Part shown: one piece after another, positions 50,161-62,976 of the stretch
Layout: every line of letters starts with the position of its first letter
How positions within the stretch are numbered: position 1 is the first letter of the stretch
Assembly (NCBI GenBank): GCA_051362555.1
Contig: CM120647.1
Coordinates: 8,556,001 to 8,620,000, forward strand
Source of the DNA: Lingula anatina
Lineage: Eukaryota; Animalia; Brachiopoda
Direction of reading: 5' to 3'
Length of the DNA stretch: 64,000 bases
Notes under the pieces: model-generated
What the model saw: the letters and a program-made list of their open reading frames with translations, nothing else
Databases searched by the model: none
What the model was told of the DNA's origin: nothing
Translations under genes and position numbers: made by a program

Positions 50161-50285
50161 CTGTGACATCACGTATGTTATTATGACATCGCATCTCATT
50201 ATGACATCACAATAGGTATTCCAACATGTCCTCTATGATATCATACCTGCAACTGTGACATCACGGGTAACCACAGTAACATCAT
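50161..50285. repeat. TGACATCA-motif cluster repeat
   Basis: About six TGACATC(A)-like motifs; an inverted homolog lies at 52245-52405. Confidence 0.7.
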
Positions 50286-50450
50286 CTCAATCTCTTGGTC
50301 ACTAAAATTTTATAGAAAATTTTGTTGGTCTCAAGAGCCATTCCAGCATTTCAACTCTCAATCTTAATCGCTCTATGTCTTGGTATATAAAATACCTTCA
50401 TGGCTTCTCCAACAAACATTTTCCAAAATTGACTGATAGTAATTGTCAGT

Positions 50451-53400
50451 TCAAGCTAGCCTGTTGGTCAAAAGTCCCCTTGAGTCTTCTAACAGTGACT
50501 CTATCCTATGTCTTTGTAGTTTATCTAGTCTGTCCCCTTTATCTTTCCTCTCTGCACTGGAAGGAACGAGAGCTTGTAATCTCACTGCTTTAATGGCTGT
50601 AGGCTGACACGAGATCAGGTGGTTGATTTCTTGGGCCTGGAAGAATTAAAAACAGCATATTGCAATTTAATACTTATAGAGATTGACTGATAGTCTAGCA
50701 TTTTCATTCACAGACAGTATAGATAGAAAACGTAATATTTTCATTTACAGAGAGATGAAGTGTAGCATTGGCTTGATGACTGTTTTATGCAGTTAGTTTC
50801 AACTGATGACTTGTATGTTTGCTTGATTTCATAAACCAGTACATTGGCATTGAAAATTTGGAATTTATGTATATATATGTCATATACTTCCTGTCTACTG
50901 AGTTTTAAATCTGTCCGGAAAGAAAAATTTAAAGGTAACTTACCCTGTTGGCTGAATATCTTAACCTCATTATCCTCAGTCTGTTTCTTGCTTCTGCAGC
51001 TCTAGAAAAATAGCAAAAATAAGAGCTTATGTACAACAAAGATTAGGTTTATCTATATAATGTTTATTTCCTCTTTTTTCTTGGTAAACAATTTATTTTT
51101 TTTTAAGTCGGACATGAAAAATTTTAGCTCTTACCTTGAAAGTGTCCCTATTCAATTTTTAAATGAACAACTTTTACTTCTTTATCTAAATCATATCAAA
51201 ACAAAAAGGCAATACAAGAAAAAATATTAAATATATCAACATTTGCACTCACTTTAATTGTCCTATTAACTTGGCATGTTTGTCTTTTTCAATAATAACT
51301 TCTTCTGGTACAGGAGGATGATTCCTGTAATAAGAAAAAGTGTTAAAAAGATGAAAAAAATGCAATTTGCTAACTAATGCCACACTAGTTGTCTAATCTC
51401 TTTTGTGATTTATTTTTATATTTATTATTTTATTTTGCACAAACACTGACTGCAATGATAAATTTTTAGGTTTATAGTGCATTCGTGTATATTTACGAAG
51501 TATTTCGGCTCATTACATTATTCACTTAACATATAAAATCAGTAAACTGACAAAGTTAACCATGAAAGAATAAAATTACAAATATTTACATTTCATAATC
51601 TTTCTTCAAGTCCTTGAGTCGCTTCAAAGTCTTTTCTCTTACTGCAAGGATGTCTTTTGAAGGCTCTTCATACTAAATAATAGAAAAATAGGAAATTATA
51701 TAATACATTATTATAGATTTAATATTATAGCAGTATCAGCTCAATACAATTATACTGTTGAACAGAAATAAAAGCTGTCAGTATTTAACAACTGGTACAA
51801 CTAAACTGGTGTGTGAATAGGCACATTGCATTTACAGTAATTACCTGAAAATTTAAACCACTTTTTCCAAGATTTATCAGAACTTTTGAATAAACATTTC
51901 TTTGCATTATCAATATCATTTTGAAGAATATTATTGGTTAATTTTGTTGGAATATAAGCAACCATTGCAAGTGCACTATATAAAGCCTTTAAATTTAATG
52001 GATGTGATATTATGCATGGAAAAAATTTGATACTGGTAATATTATTTGTCAACAAATAGTTTTGTACTTATTCATATTTATACTTATTTTACTTTGAAAT
52101 TCTATTGTCTTAGTTTTAACTAGTTGTAAATATTTTACATGGTAATTTTCAGTCATTTTTTCCAATTTTATACAAGACATTGAATTAAGGTATGCCACAA
52201 AATTTTCAACAGTTCATGATGGGGATTATCAGTTAGTGTTGGTCTGACATTATAATAGCATGTATGATGTCATAAAAGGTATATTAAACTATATACTATG
52301 ATGTCATAATGAGACAAGATGTCACAATTGTATGTATGATGTCATATAAAGGGTATAGGCCGCCTACTGTGACGTCATAATGGAATGCAATGTCACAATG
52401 TCATAAAGATAAAAGGTATTTTTTAGATTAAAATTTTACATGATATCTAAAACAACTATAGACTATCTCATGTGTAGCTCCCCATCAAAAGAACTGACAA
52501 TGCATTAACTTATAAAAATAACCTCATACATTAAGTGAACATGTTTCTTTTTTTGTCTAATTGTTGTCAAAAAAACAAAAACATATGTAAATAAAGATTA
52601 TAAAAATATTCAATTTTTAGCATAGATTTTTTTACCATAGATTTTATTTTTAATTTTCATGTCGAGGGATATGTATCACTAGGAGGTCCAATAACTCATG
52701 GCAGGTAGGGTAAAAAAAGGAGGACATTTTTATCTAGCGGAGGCACACAGAACATCTTCCTTTTTTACAACAGTGCAAGGATTTCTATAAGTATCAATCT
52801 ACAAATTCTAGTAATTCTACATCAACTCACAGCCATGTATCTGCTTTTGGCCATTGGGCCCAGCTTGTTCAGTTCCTTTTCATGTTTTTTAAATGTAGTC
52901 CAGTTTCTCGGGACAAACTTTTCTTTGGGTTCTGCCAAGGGTCCATCATCCTCCTCTCCACTCTTCTTCTTCACTGAGGGCAGCTTTTCTCTGGGGCTCT
53001 GAACAAAGTGAGAGTAAGTATTTAAATCAGACCCACAATGACACTAAAGCCACATGCATGCTTTTTCTAGAATGATGTAAGTAGAAAGTAGAATGCACAC
53101 AACAGTGTACTTTTTAGTTCTACTGTATTCTGCCAGTTCTAGCACTTCTAATTGTTCTATAAATGTTGCTTACGGTTTTACATTAAGTACAGTACAATAT
53201 TAAATAAATAAAAAAGAGTGAGTCAATGTGCTACATTAGAGCACGATTAATCACATTTGTTCAGTTTCAGAATTAAACTATGTAAATATTAAAGACAAAG
53301 AAAGAAGTTTTAACCATAATAGTCAATAGATTTGAAATCATCCTAGTTTGTAATCATTCAGGAGACAGCAAGCATAAACCCAAAAAATTGAACTGACAAC

Positions 53401-53457
53401 TGACTGCACAGTTTAAAAAATAAAGAAGGAAAGATACGGTAAAATACTTACTGTCAT
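50451..53457 (-). CDS. LKAAEAR1: LKAAEAR motif-containing protein 1 (190 aa; exons 53457-53452, 52998-52831, 51672-51590, 51324-51253, 51001-50944, 50636-50451)
   Basis: Phase-compatible exons give ...KSRYMA-YEEP...LIGQLKAAEARNRLRIMRLRY...AQEINHLISCQPTAIKAVRLQ...LDKLQRHRIESLLED, including the literal LKAAEAR motif. Missed by the ORF track because the exons are short. Confidence 0.92.
52245..52405. repeat. TGATGTCA-motif cluster (inverted homolog of 50161-50285)
   Basis: TGATGTCATAATGAGA is the reverse complement of TCTCATTATGACATCA; includes one perfect TGACGTCA. Confidence 0.7.
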
Positions 53458-53960
53458 GTCTGTCTGTTCGACTGATCCACTAAAACGATGTGACGTTATT
53501 TCGACGGACTTTTTCTTCAAATCCTGTACATAATTAAAACCTGTAAGCCGTTGATCTACTCTTGGGTACCTATTGAGTCCCACGACCAGTGTTTTACACC
53601 TGACTTGACAAAAACTGCGGCAAAATGGCACCAAATTTAGCTGGACGAAAACAATACCCCTTATCCAATATGGTAGTTGTTTGGTTTCTAAGCCAAACAA
53701 AGACCGCGTGATTTTACGAGATCTTACAAGAGGAGATATGAGTCAAATTGTGTAGATTTTAAATAACTTGCACAGCGCATAAATATTTCCTTTATTTGTT
53801 GTTGTTGCTACATAAATTTGATTCTTTTGAATAAAATATCCAGAAAGGTTTCAAAAATATTTCACATCGATCCAAGAATAGCTTCCGAGAATCCTAAAGC
53901 TTGTCTTTCCCTTGTCTCCCTCTATCGACAACTTGGACGAAAGTAAATTAAGTCAGTGAG
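53458..53960. promoter_or_regulatory. Probable bidirectional promoter and 5' UTR exons of LKAAEAR1 and EBAG9
   Basis: Head-to-head arrangement, local CpG enrichment, plus-strand donor GAG|GTAAGA at 53960 that could splice to the acceptor at 54907. Confidence 0.55.
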
Positions 53961-54488
53961 GTAAGACGTGTTTTACTCTTGTTTAATTTATTATATGACC
54001 GATAATTGGATGTTTGCAACATTAAAAAGTAGGCCAATAGTATATACGTTTGAGATAATTGAACTGCATACTAAGGGTTGTTAAAATGTCATGTTAATTC
54101 AATGTTAATTCCAATGTCTATGCGTACGATCTCGCCTTGTGATGTATGGTCCTATGGAAAACCCTTCGGGGGCGATTGTATGATAAAAATTTGTCCACTA
54201 CGATATTTACAATATTAACCAGCGAAATCGTGGTATTTAAAGGACAGAATATTCTGATCGCCTTTTTATTGGATTCTGTCTGACAAATGAGAAGTGTTCT
54301 ACGAAAATTAATTTAATTTCTTTTAATCTTTGATTCTTTCTCTAGACACAAGTCTACAACAGAATAATCAGTTTCTTAATTCTGGCACACGTATCTCTAA
54401 TTGGTGTTTTTTTTTTATTTTGGTACTGAAGCATAAAAGAAATTGACACGTGTAGTTTTCCTGGCAGTGCTCATAATGGTGCCCTCAT

Positions 54489-54656
54489 CAGGCCCGTAGC
54501 CAGAAGGGGTCTGGGGGGTTCAAAAGAACCGCCCTTTTTGCTGGGAAAAGGTCCACTTTGGATCAAATTTGATCTAGGTACATGAAGATTTTATGGTAAA
54601 GGGACCACTGTTTCAGAAAACGAACCCCCCAATTTAAATTGCTGGCTACAGGCCTG
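54489..54656. mobile_element. CAGGCC-TIR MITE with 5-bp TSD
   Basis: CAGGCCCGTAGCCAG...CTGGCTACAGGCCTG flanked by CTCAT/CTCAC. Confidence 0.8.
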
Positions 54657-55001
54657 CTCACTGGCGAATGTAATCATAAACAAAAGTGAAACAGGAAACT
54701 ACCGGTATCACTGTTAGTACTGTTTGTTTACACATATTCAGTAGGATATTCAGTATTTTAGAGCTAATACATGAATGATTTTAAGATTAATCTATTGTTT
54801 CTCATTGATACAAACAAACAAACAAACAAACAAACAAAAAAGCATCCACTCGTAGGGGAAAAACAGAAGTAATTCAAGTTTTTCATTTTCTCTTCTCTCT
54901 TTTCAGGTTTTTCAAAGTTATATTTAAAAGAAGTTACATGCTATGATGTCAGATTTGCAAAGTGCTCTTTTCTAAGAAGAAGAAGAAGAGGACCAGAAAG
55001 A

Positions 55002-57050
55002 ATGAGTGCAATAACAGTTCTGTGGAAAAAACTGTCTGCTTTCATATTTTTCTTTATAAACATTGGAAAGAGACTGTTATGTTTTCTAAAAATTAGGCGA
55101 CGGAAAAATTCTGGGAATCTTCTGCCTCTAGCCAATCACTATCCATCGCCACCAGATGTCACTCATGCTGTGCCAGGAAATGAGGTAAATATCTGAGCCA
55201 TCCTCCACCTCCAATCCATCTCCATGGCTGCGTTCAGAATAGAAGTTATCGTATTAGCGGGATCGCTCTATCTCAGTGTGGCACTTGCTAAGGCACAGTC
55301 AATGTAATCAACTTAACTGTCTGAATCGATAACTTTTTAATATGATCACAATCTACGTCAAAAAAAGGTGTGTAAGATGGAATTTTAGGCTTGGATTGTG
55401 TGAAAGACAAAAATCAGTTTAGTCATGTACGGAGTACAACTTGTACACATTTTCTGAATGAGGATATGTATTTAGATGTCATGCTTCAGTCATTTACCAA
55501 GTGTTTGTGAATGGTGACTAATGTTAAAAATGAACAGAAGCATAAAAACATTAAAAAATGCTAAAAGTCCTATGATTATTTAGAGTGCTAAAAATGATAA
55601 AAGTCCCATGATTATTTAGGATTTTTGCATCTCTGCATTAAATGATATACTTATTCAACAAATCTCTCTTGCTAATCTTGTTGATAATGTCATTTTCAAT
55701 TCAATTCTATTTTTCCAGGCTGACTTGGAGATGGAGGCCTGGGACTCCTGGGGAGTAGAAAACACCAACACCAGTGCAAATAAAAACCAAACAAGTAACT
55801 ATAGTAACAGTAACCATGCAGGTTACTATGGAAACCGTAACCAGCCTGAGCCAGAACCAGAGCCAGAGCCGGACTATTTTGCTGATATGGCCCCAGAGGT
55901 CAAGAAAACTGCAAAAGTAAGTTTCTTTCTATATTTGTGGTAAAAATGAGGAAGTTCATTGAGGAAGTTCAGTGAGGAAATTTAATGAGGAAGTTAATTG
56001 AGGAAGTCAAGGGGAAGTTATATTAAAATTTTCAAAGCAACTTGATACAAAATTACCATTAGACATAAGTATATTTTAATTTAAACAAAAGAAAATGCAA
56101 ATATTTACTAAAGTTTAAAGTGTTTTTGTGAAGAATGTTGTAATATAAGTGGATTGATCATTTATGATTATTTAACAATTTTAATCATGATACACATTGA
56201 AGGAGAATTATTTTCTTTCATGCATCTTACATTAATTTGTTAACTGCAATGCCAATCACAAAACTGAAACTTTTTTTCTAACTCAGATTTTAGTCAAGAA
56301 AAGAGAAGATTACAGTTATACAAGTGGAGGAAATATGTCCAGCAGGCTTGCTATGAATTCTGTTATTCCTACACAAGTAAGAAACTTGTTTTATTGTAAT
56401 AATATTATTGTTATTATAGAAAAGAAACCAGGATTTTGAGTTTGTCAAACATTTGTATATTAGGACACGAAAAAATTCAAATGTCTTTATTTATTTATTT
56501 TATTTTATTTTTGTCAGATTCCATATTTTTTAATATTTTGAAACAGATCTTGATTTTATTGTTTTTAATCTTAAAGTATAGACCTCTTTAGTTCTGGATT
56601 TTGTAACATCCCTTCTCATGTTATATTGAGGATTATTAAATTTTTTTCAAGAAAAGCCATATATATGTATACATTGAAATGACAAAATGTATACAGTGCA
56701 GTATTCATTCATTCATTCATTCATTCATTCATTCATTCATTAAAATAAACCCAGATCTAGATGAAAACCAGATGTGAATGAAGTAACTTATTCAATCATT
56801 TCTTTAGTCATTCATTCATTTATTTAAATATTTATTTATTTAGATGAGCCCAGATCTAGATGAATGGCAAGAAGAGGAGAGTGGTTGGGAGGGGGAGGAC
56901 CTGTCTTGGGAGGCCGATGCTGTCTTGAAGGAAAAGCGTCGCATCGAGAGGGAAAATAGGCAGCAAGAACAGCAGCGCAAAAAGATGGAGCGTGAAGCGC
57001 AGCGGTCGAGAAAAGACAGTGGTTCATTTACGGCAGTAAAACTGTCCTGA
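55002..57050 (+). CDS. EBAG9: EBAG9 / RCAS1 (exons 55002-55184, 55719-55916, 56287-56376, 56844-57050)
   Basis: Hydrophobic N-terminal anchor, WDSW, EPDYFADMAPEVKKTAK-ILVKKRE, SSRLA, EQQRKKMEREAQR...VKLS*, all matching EBAG9 as recalled; all introns phase 0 GT/AG. Confidence 0.95.
55947..56020. repeat. 13-bp minisatellite TGAGGAAGTTCAT-like, six units
   Basis: Read directly from the sequence. Confidence 0.85.
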
Positions 57051-57561
57051 TGCATAATGGTTGAGAAGTGCTTCAAAACTGTGCTTTCTTCAAATAAAAT
57101 GGGACGGATTCAAACTTGGAATTTTTACCATTAAAATTTCCAAAGTTTTTCAAGGCCATGCTTTTTTAATTGAAATGGGGCAGATTCTCCCCAGACTTGG
57201 TACTCTCTGGGTCTGCTTACACAAGGCCATTTTTGACCTGACTTTGGTCCAACTTGTGTCATCAGTCATAAATGCAATACTAATTGCATGTAGACTGTCA
57301 CATTAAGATGTTAAAGATCAGTTAGATGTGGTAATGGTTCAATAAAGTTTGTGTTTAAACACCTATACATAACGAACTGACATATTTTCATCTTTAAACA
57401 GATATTATATTCTGAAGCATTTTATTGTCAGTGCATCAGTCTAAGAGATCTCAGAGAATATATGGCCTTGTATCAAGCAACTGGTTTAAAGGACATACGG
57501 CCCTGTATTTGGACCCTGAGTTTCAGAGTTAATTGGAAATGGCAGAGGCATGCTGGTATGG

Positions 57562-57793
57562 TGTCCTGTTCCCATAGACCCCTTCAGTCTATGTAGATCA
57601 ATCCAACTCTGCAGTCTGTTTAACAGATTAACAAGCCGCCTCTTGGCATAAAGTAGAATACAGAAAAAGCTTATGATTATACTAATATGCTGAAAGTGAG
57701 GTGTGTTATTCAGTTGAGCTGATTGCTCTCAGCAAGAGTCTCCGCAGAGTTGGATTGAACTATGTTGAACAATAGTTTCTATGGGACTGGGGT
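57562..57793. mobile_element. MITE family B
   Basis: TCCCATAGA..ATCCAACTCTGC ... GCAGAGTTGGAT..TCTATGGGA inverted arms. Confidence 0.7.
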
Positions 57794-59201
57794 TATAGAG
57801 ATGTGAGTTGTATTAATCTCTGCAACGCGGGGGTTATCTAAGTGGGGGTAGGGATGGTAATGAAATGGGTTTAGTACAAGTATGGCTTACGGTTCTTGGG
57901 TGTGAAAACATTCTTTATGGTATTCACTGCAAATTAGGTGGACTATTTATTTATTTATGGGTTTTTTGTTTTATTATTTTTTTATTAGAGGATCTAGAAG
58001 GATGAGGAATAAAAGTGTTTGAGAAATGTTTATCTTTGGCACTGTGCACCTGCACAGCTGATGCAATTTATTTTCAACAATTAAGCTAGACTGTGTAATA
58101 TAGGCTATTGCTTTTACAATATTGTTCTGAGCTGTATTTTTTTCCTTATTTCACCCTTGGTGCAGGAGCTTCTGTACATTATCCTTGTTAATGTGTTTTA
58201 TTATGAAGATCAGAATTTATATTATGGTAATATGAGGAGGTTATATAATAAAGTTTAAGAAGACAAAGCTGAGATTGTTCTACTTTTTTGGTCAGAAAAC
58301 AGGTCTTGCGATAGGTCTATGCAGAAGAAGATCCTACACTTTTTTTTTTTTTTTTTTTTTTTTTTTTGTAAAACAATTTATATATTTAAATGTTAGTATA
58401 CTTAGATTCTTGCCTGAAAGCCTGACTGTAGATTTTCTGTTAAATAAGAGCATTTAAAATATTTTTGAAATAATTTAAATCAATATGAAGACCCAATTTA
58501 TTTGCAAAATATTTGAAAGATGAAATAACCGTAAATGTGTAACACCTTGTCTGAGAATTTAACTTTTGTGTATAAAATAAAGTAACAAATGTGCCTCAAT
58601 GGCATTAACATCCATAAATCCCTACACTCTCTCTGCTTTCTGTATGTCTTGTGATCTACATTATAAAACCATTTATATGTACTGCATGCATATCATCAAT
58701 TGTGATACAATATCTATGAATTAACTTGTACCCCAGTAAATAAGCTTTTTCATAAAAATAAATATAATGACTACATAAAAATAAATAATATAAATAAAAT
58801 GATAAATAGATGTAAAGAAAATGGCCAGGTGTTATAAATGGGCAGATATAACGTACTTGTACAATACGTACATGATTAATAATTTATAGAATAAAATATA
58901 TTATGCAAGTAAGATAAACATTAGATCTACATTTATTAATCATTTGTGGTGTAGAAGGATAATATATGTACGGAAAGAAATAGAACTACCAAAGAAAAAA
59001 AACATTAGGAGCGCCCTGTTTAACAAAATTACTGTGAATAATGTGAATAAAATTCAAGTGCTGCCAAAAGCACACTGATTCTCAGGGTGAAAGAGAAGTG
59101 ATATTCGACCTTGACCTAGTGATATCACGTGCTGTAAACACCGTCATGGCCTAAACTGGCAGATCTTTTATGCGTTGTCTATAAGCGAAACTTTGTCGAA
59201 A

Positions 59202-61545
59202 ATGGCAGCAGATAAGTTGATCAAAGGTATGTACATTGATTTGTTCATTTTTATGGTAGAAAGAACATGAATAAAACAAGAGCCACAGTGTCAAGCGACT
59301 GCATGTCACCGTTAATGCATTTGTCATTTCTGGATGACATTGACAGCGACATTTACATTGTACTGGTACATGTACGTGTACACAACTTCATGCATACTCT
59401 GTTGATATGACAGCCAAAGAATCGTATTCTAAAATACCTCTTAAAGATTTCCTAACATGTAGAACTGCTAGAGGCAGAAAACTCGACATACTAGGATTTG
59501 GTGACTGCTTTGCACGAACAATCATCATCGACCTACCCAGCATTAAATATTGCATGTTGTACACTGTATGAGGAAGAATAGCCACTAAAAATAAAATTAA
59601 CTCTACAGTTAGACTAGTCTACAGTGTAGCTACTAATGCTTTCTAACTATGACAATGACTCACTTATACACTGTATATCCTACAAATTTGGCACTATAGG
59701 TACAGTACCAGTACAGTAGTCTTTAGATTTACTGTTCTGTAGTTAAAAGAAATAAAAATAAAATAAAATCGTTTGTTGCAGCCTTGATCAAGGCATCTTT
59801 AAAACTGGTATAGATAAATGCAGGGATGAGATTTTTCTGAATATCAGCAGATTTTCGACTTCTTGGGAGCCAAAATATCTTTGTCCTAGACGGCCCCCTG
59901 GATCCTACACCATATTTCCTACTTTTTCACTAAACGATATACAGTCTCATCCCTGTAAATGGCATAAATGGTGTAAATGGTGACATACGATATTACTACT
60001 ATGAAACTAGTCCACCAACAACTTAATTCAATATTTACATATGAAACTGTGACATTCTTTTCAGACATCCATGAGATCTATGCTAGGCTCTTCGACCACA
60101 AGCCAGTGGTGTCAGCAGAGATCAACTTCTTCGTGAAAGAGTTTGAGGTTTGTTTATGAAGATAAGTCATTTCCATACTAGTATATTGTGTTGAGATAGT
60201 GTCAAGTGCACACCATTTTTGAGCGGTGACCCGGGTGGTGGCTCACTTGGGTATGAACAAAGCCAGTGTTAATATAGCCTTGATAAGTTCACCTACTTGG
60301 TTTTAAGCATTCTATAAACTGTTTAATATGCATCATGCAAAATTTTCAGGAGAAGCATGGTGGAGAAAAAGATACTGAACAGCTGAGTCAGGCATCTAAA
60401 AATTTGGAAGACATAGCTCAGACGCAGATCCCCCTTTCAATACAGTTAATGGAGAAACATGTTTCTGACGTAGTTGGGAAATGTAAGTGTCTCTCTCTCT
60501 CTCTCAGAAGTTTATTTCCATCATAATCATTTTATTTATTTAATTTCAGGGGAGACATCTATTTTTTTCTTTTCAGGTGCTTTGGTTTGTGTGAAAGAAA
60601 ATAACTTTCTCTCTTTTTGCTTTTATGTATGCCATATAAAAAATCCTTACCTTTTACAGTGAATGTGGCAATAGAAATATGCAATAAGATATCTACCCAA
60701 GAGGCAGATTTATCTCAGGTAAGAAACATCCTTTTCTTATAGTTATCAAATATGAACAGAATGAATTAAGTATACATTCCAAAGAATTGTGATGTTAGTA
60801 ATGCTTGAAAATATTGATTTAAGAAGTTCTGAAAAGTGAGGTCCCTTCATACTGTATTATGAATCAGAAAATGTGTTATTGTTTGAAAATGCTAAATCTT
60901 AGAAAATGCTTTATGTTTTTGGGTTATTCATTTTAACTTATACATCCACTTGGGTAGATGGGATTGTGCAAAAGATGGAAAATGCAAGTTTCTTGAAATT
61001 TTTACAAAATAAACTAATATTTACTGTGAGCATTTAAACTAATCTGAAGGAATTGACCATTATGATATAGGTCTGAAGCCCTAAACAAAAGGGGCAGGTT
61101 CTTTTCCTGACGCAGTGGACCCCTTTACCCCTTTACATACTCTAACTTGAGAAATGTACTAAATTAAAATTAGATTCAGAACAAACATTCTCTGGCAAAG
61201 AAAAAAGCCAGGTTTGTTTGCACACACAATAACTCCGAATTTCTCTCTCATACACACACACGCATGCATGCACATGCACACACACACACACACACCTCCC
61301 ACAGACCTGCCATGTTAGAAAGAAGTGGCCAGTAAAAATACATTTAAAAGTAATTTCAGTTTTTATTAATTTGTTACTAGGATGAAACTCTGAAGCAGGG
61401 AAGGGAAATGCGTGCAGCGGAATGGTCTGAGTTTATCGATGACATGAGCGCCCAATCTGTTGAGCTGGATCGAGAGTATGAAAGTAGTGTGTTGGAGTTG
61501 AAGAATTATTATACAGACTTGGAGCAGAAATTGAAGATAAGATAG
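59202..61545 (+). CDS. BLOC1S5: BLOC-1 subunit 5 (muted) (exons 59202-59226, 60065-60147, 60350-60482, 60660-60718, 61381-61545)
   Basis: EIYARLFDHKPVVSAEINFFVKEFE-EKHG...EWSEFIDD...LKNYYTDLEQKL matches muted as recalled (SRLLDHRPV..YFVKEFEEKRG..LKEQYAEMEKDL); exon phases are consistent. Confidence 0.93.
59821..59955. mobile_element. CAGGG-TIR MITE
   Basis: CAGGGATGAGA...TCTCATCCCTG with TAAATG directly flanking both ends. Confidence 0.75.
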
Positions 61546-61915
61546 CTTCTTCTTGACTGAAGAAAAAAGAACTACACTGTCATTTAATTAATGAATTGTT
61601 GTAACGACGTGGGAAGTGGTATTTTAGTGTTCAGAAGTGGTTTATTTATTTTTCTCAATTTTTTCCACCAGAGGCGTTGGTGAGAAAAGAACATGAGAGA
61701 TGCCGAAACAGTCTAGATTTTGCACCAAAATGTACAAATTTATCTTTCTTTCATTTCTAATGATGCACAGAAACATTGGTAGTCTCATCAGATTTATTTG
61801 ATTTTTTGCCTAAAAAAAGGTCCTGTTTAAATTATAACATTTGAAAATCTGGAATATGTTTGAAGCGTCTTGTACTGCTTCATTTTAAAAGAGACTGCAT
61901 TGATCAGATGTATTA

Positions 61916-62141
61916 GAGACCATTTCCACAGACATTTAGATCGATCTATCCCCCTGGGGAGTCTCACTAGATTGCTGTCAGATAAACCAGCTTAAATGTC
62001 TGTCCCGCCTACTAAAAGCTGTAAGAGGGTAATTAACTTTTGTGCAAGCTCGGCTCCTGGAAGCTGACAGCAATTTAGCGTGAACCCCCAGGGAGTTAGA
62101 TCGGACCAGATGGATCAATCAAAATCTGTGGGAACCCAGTC
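61916..62141 (+). mobile_element. MITE family A
   Basis: Same internal sequence (GGGAGTCTCACTAGAT, GTGAACCCCCAGGGAGTTAG); TTA/TAA flanks. Confidence 0.85.
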
Positions 62142-62254
62142 TAAACTGGCCAGGACCAGATTTACAGTATGGGAATAATTAAAGAAGAATATGGCAGCCA
62201 TTTTATGAAGCTCAAAGAAGAGTTTATATACCTGACTCAGCAATTGGAAATTAA

Positions 62255-62591
62255 AGCAATAATAACTCTTCGTTTCGGTCAAAAAATGAATTTTCCTGGA
62301 GTAAACAACAATTTTCCCATACTTACCAATTGTTAATGAATCCATTTTTACATTCAAAGTTAGTCCCTGGTTTTTTTCTAAAAAGTTTGGTTTTTTGTTA
62401 AAATCTCTTAAGAGATTTTAACAGAGTATAGACATCAATGGAGGTCACATGGTCTAAAGACAAGTTCAGATATCAGAATAAAAGCTATAACTGATGTTTT
62501 TGTGGTAAAACAGAATATATTATATTTCTATGAGTTATTCACAAGGTTTTTATTGTGAAATATAGATCTCATATGAAGAGTTATTATCCCT
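62255..62591 (+). mobile_element. Kolobok/T2-type MITE
   Basis: Near-identical to 13672-14011; TTAA on both sides. Confidence 0.85.
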
Positions 62592-62802
62592 TTAACATAA
62601 ACACACCACTGTAACATTTACAAATAAAGCAACTTTTATTTTCAACAATGGTAAGCGTTATTGTAATATATTACTATTTTACAATACAATTCAAAAACTG
62701 ATTTTCATGTGCACAGGAGGGGGGGGCGTTAACAGGTGCCAACCATTCAGAAAAAAGTAAAGGGGGAGATGGTTGGGTCGTCAGTGGAGGAATTCCCCTT
62801 AA

Positions 62803-62976
62803 GGCCCCATTCAGAATAGGGGACTAACTAGTCCAAGGATCAAATATGGCTGACCCATTGAATATTTCCCCACAGGATATCTATTCAGTGTCTATTAGCA
62901 GATAAGATGGCAGTTTTTATTGTGGGTCACCATATTTGACCCTCGGACTAGTTAGTTCACTCTTCTGAATGGGACC
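62803..62976. mobile_element. Harbinger-like MITE
   Basis: TAA|GGCCCCATTCAGAA...TTCTGAATGGGACC|TAA. Confidence 0.85.

Noticed and set aside
53413-53700. 95-aa minus-strand ORF as a separate gene
   Set aside because: Non-ATG start; it is the LKAAEAR1 5' UTR plus intron, and only Met-Thr is coding.
56745-56764. Intronic echo (CCCAGATCTAGATGAA) of the start of the last EBAG9 exon
   Set aside because: Short local duplication with no AG acceptor directly in front; unlikely to be an exon.
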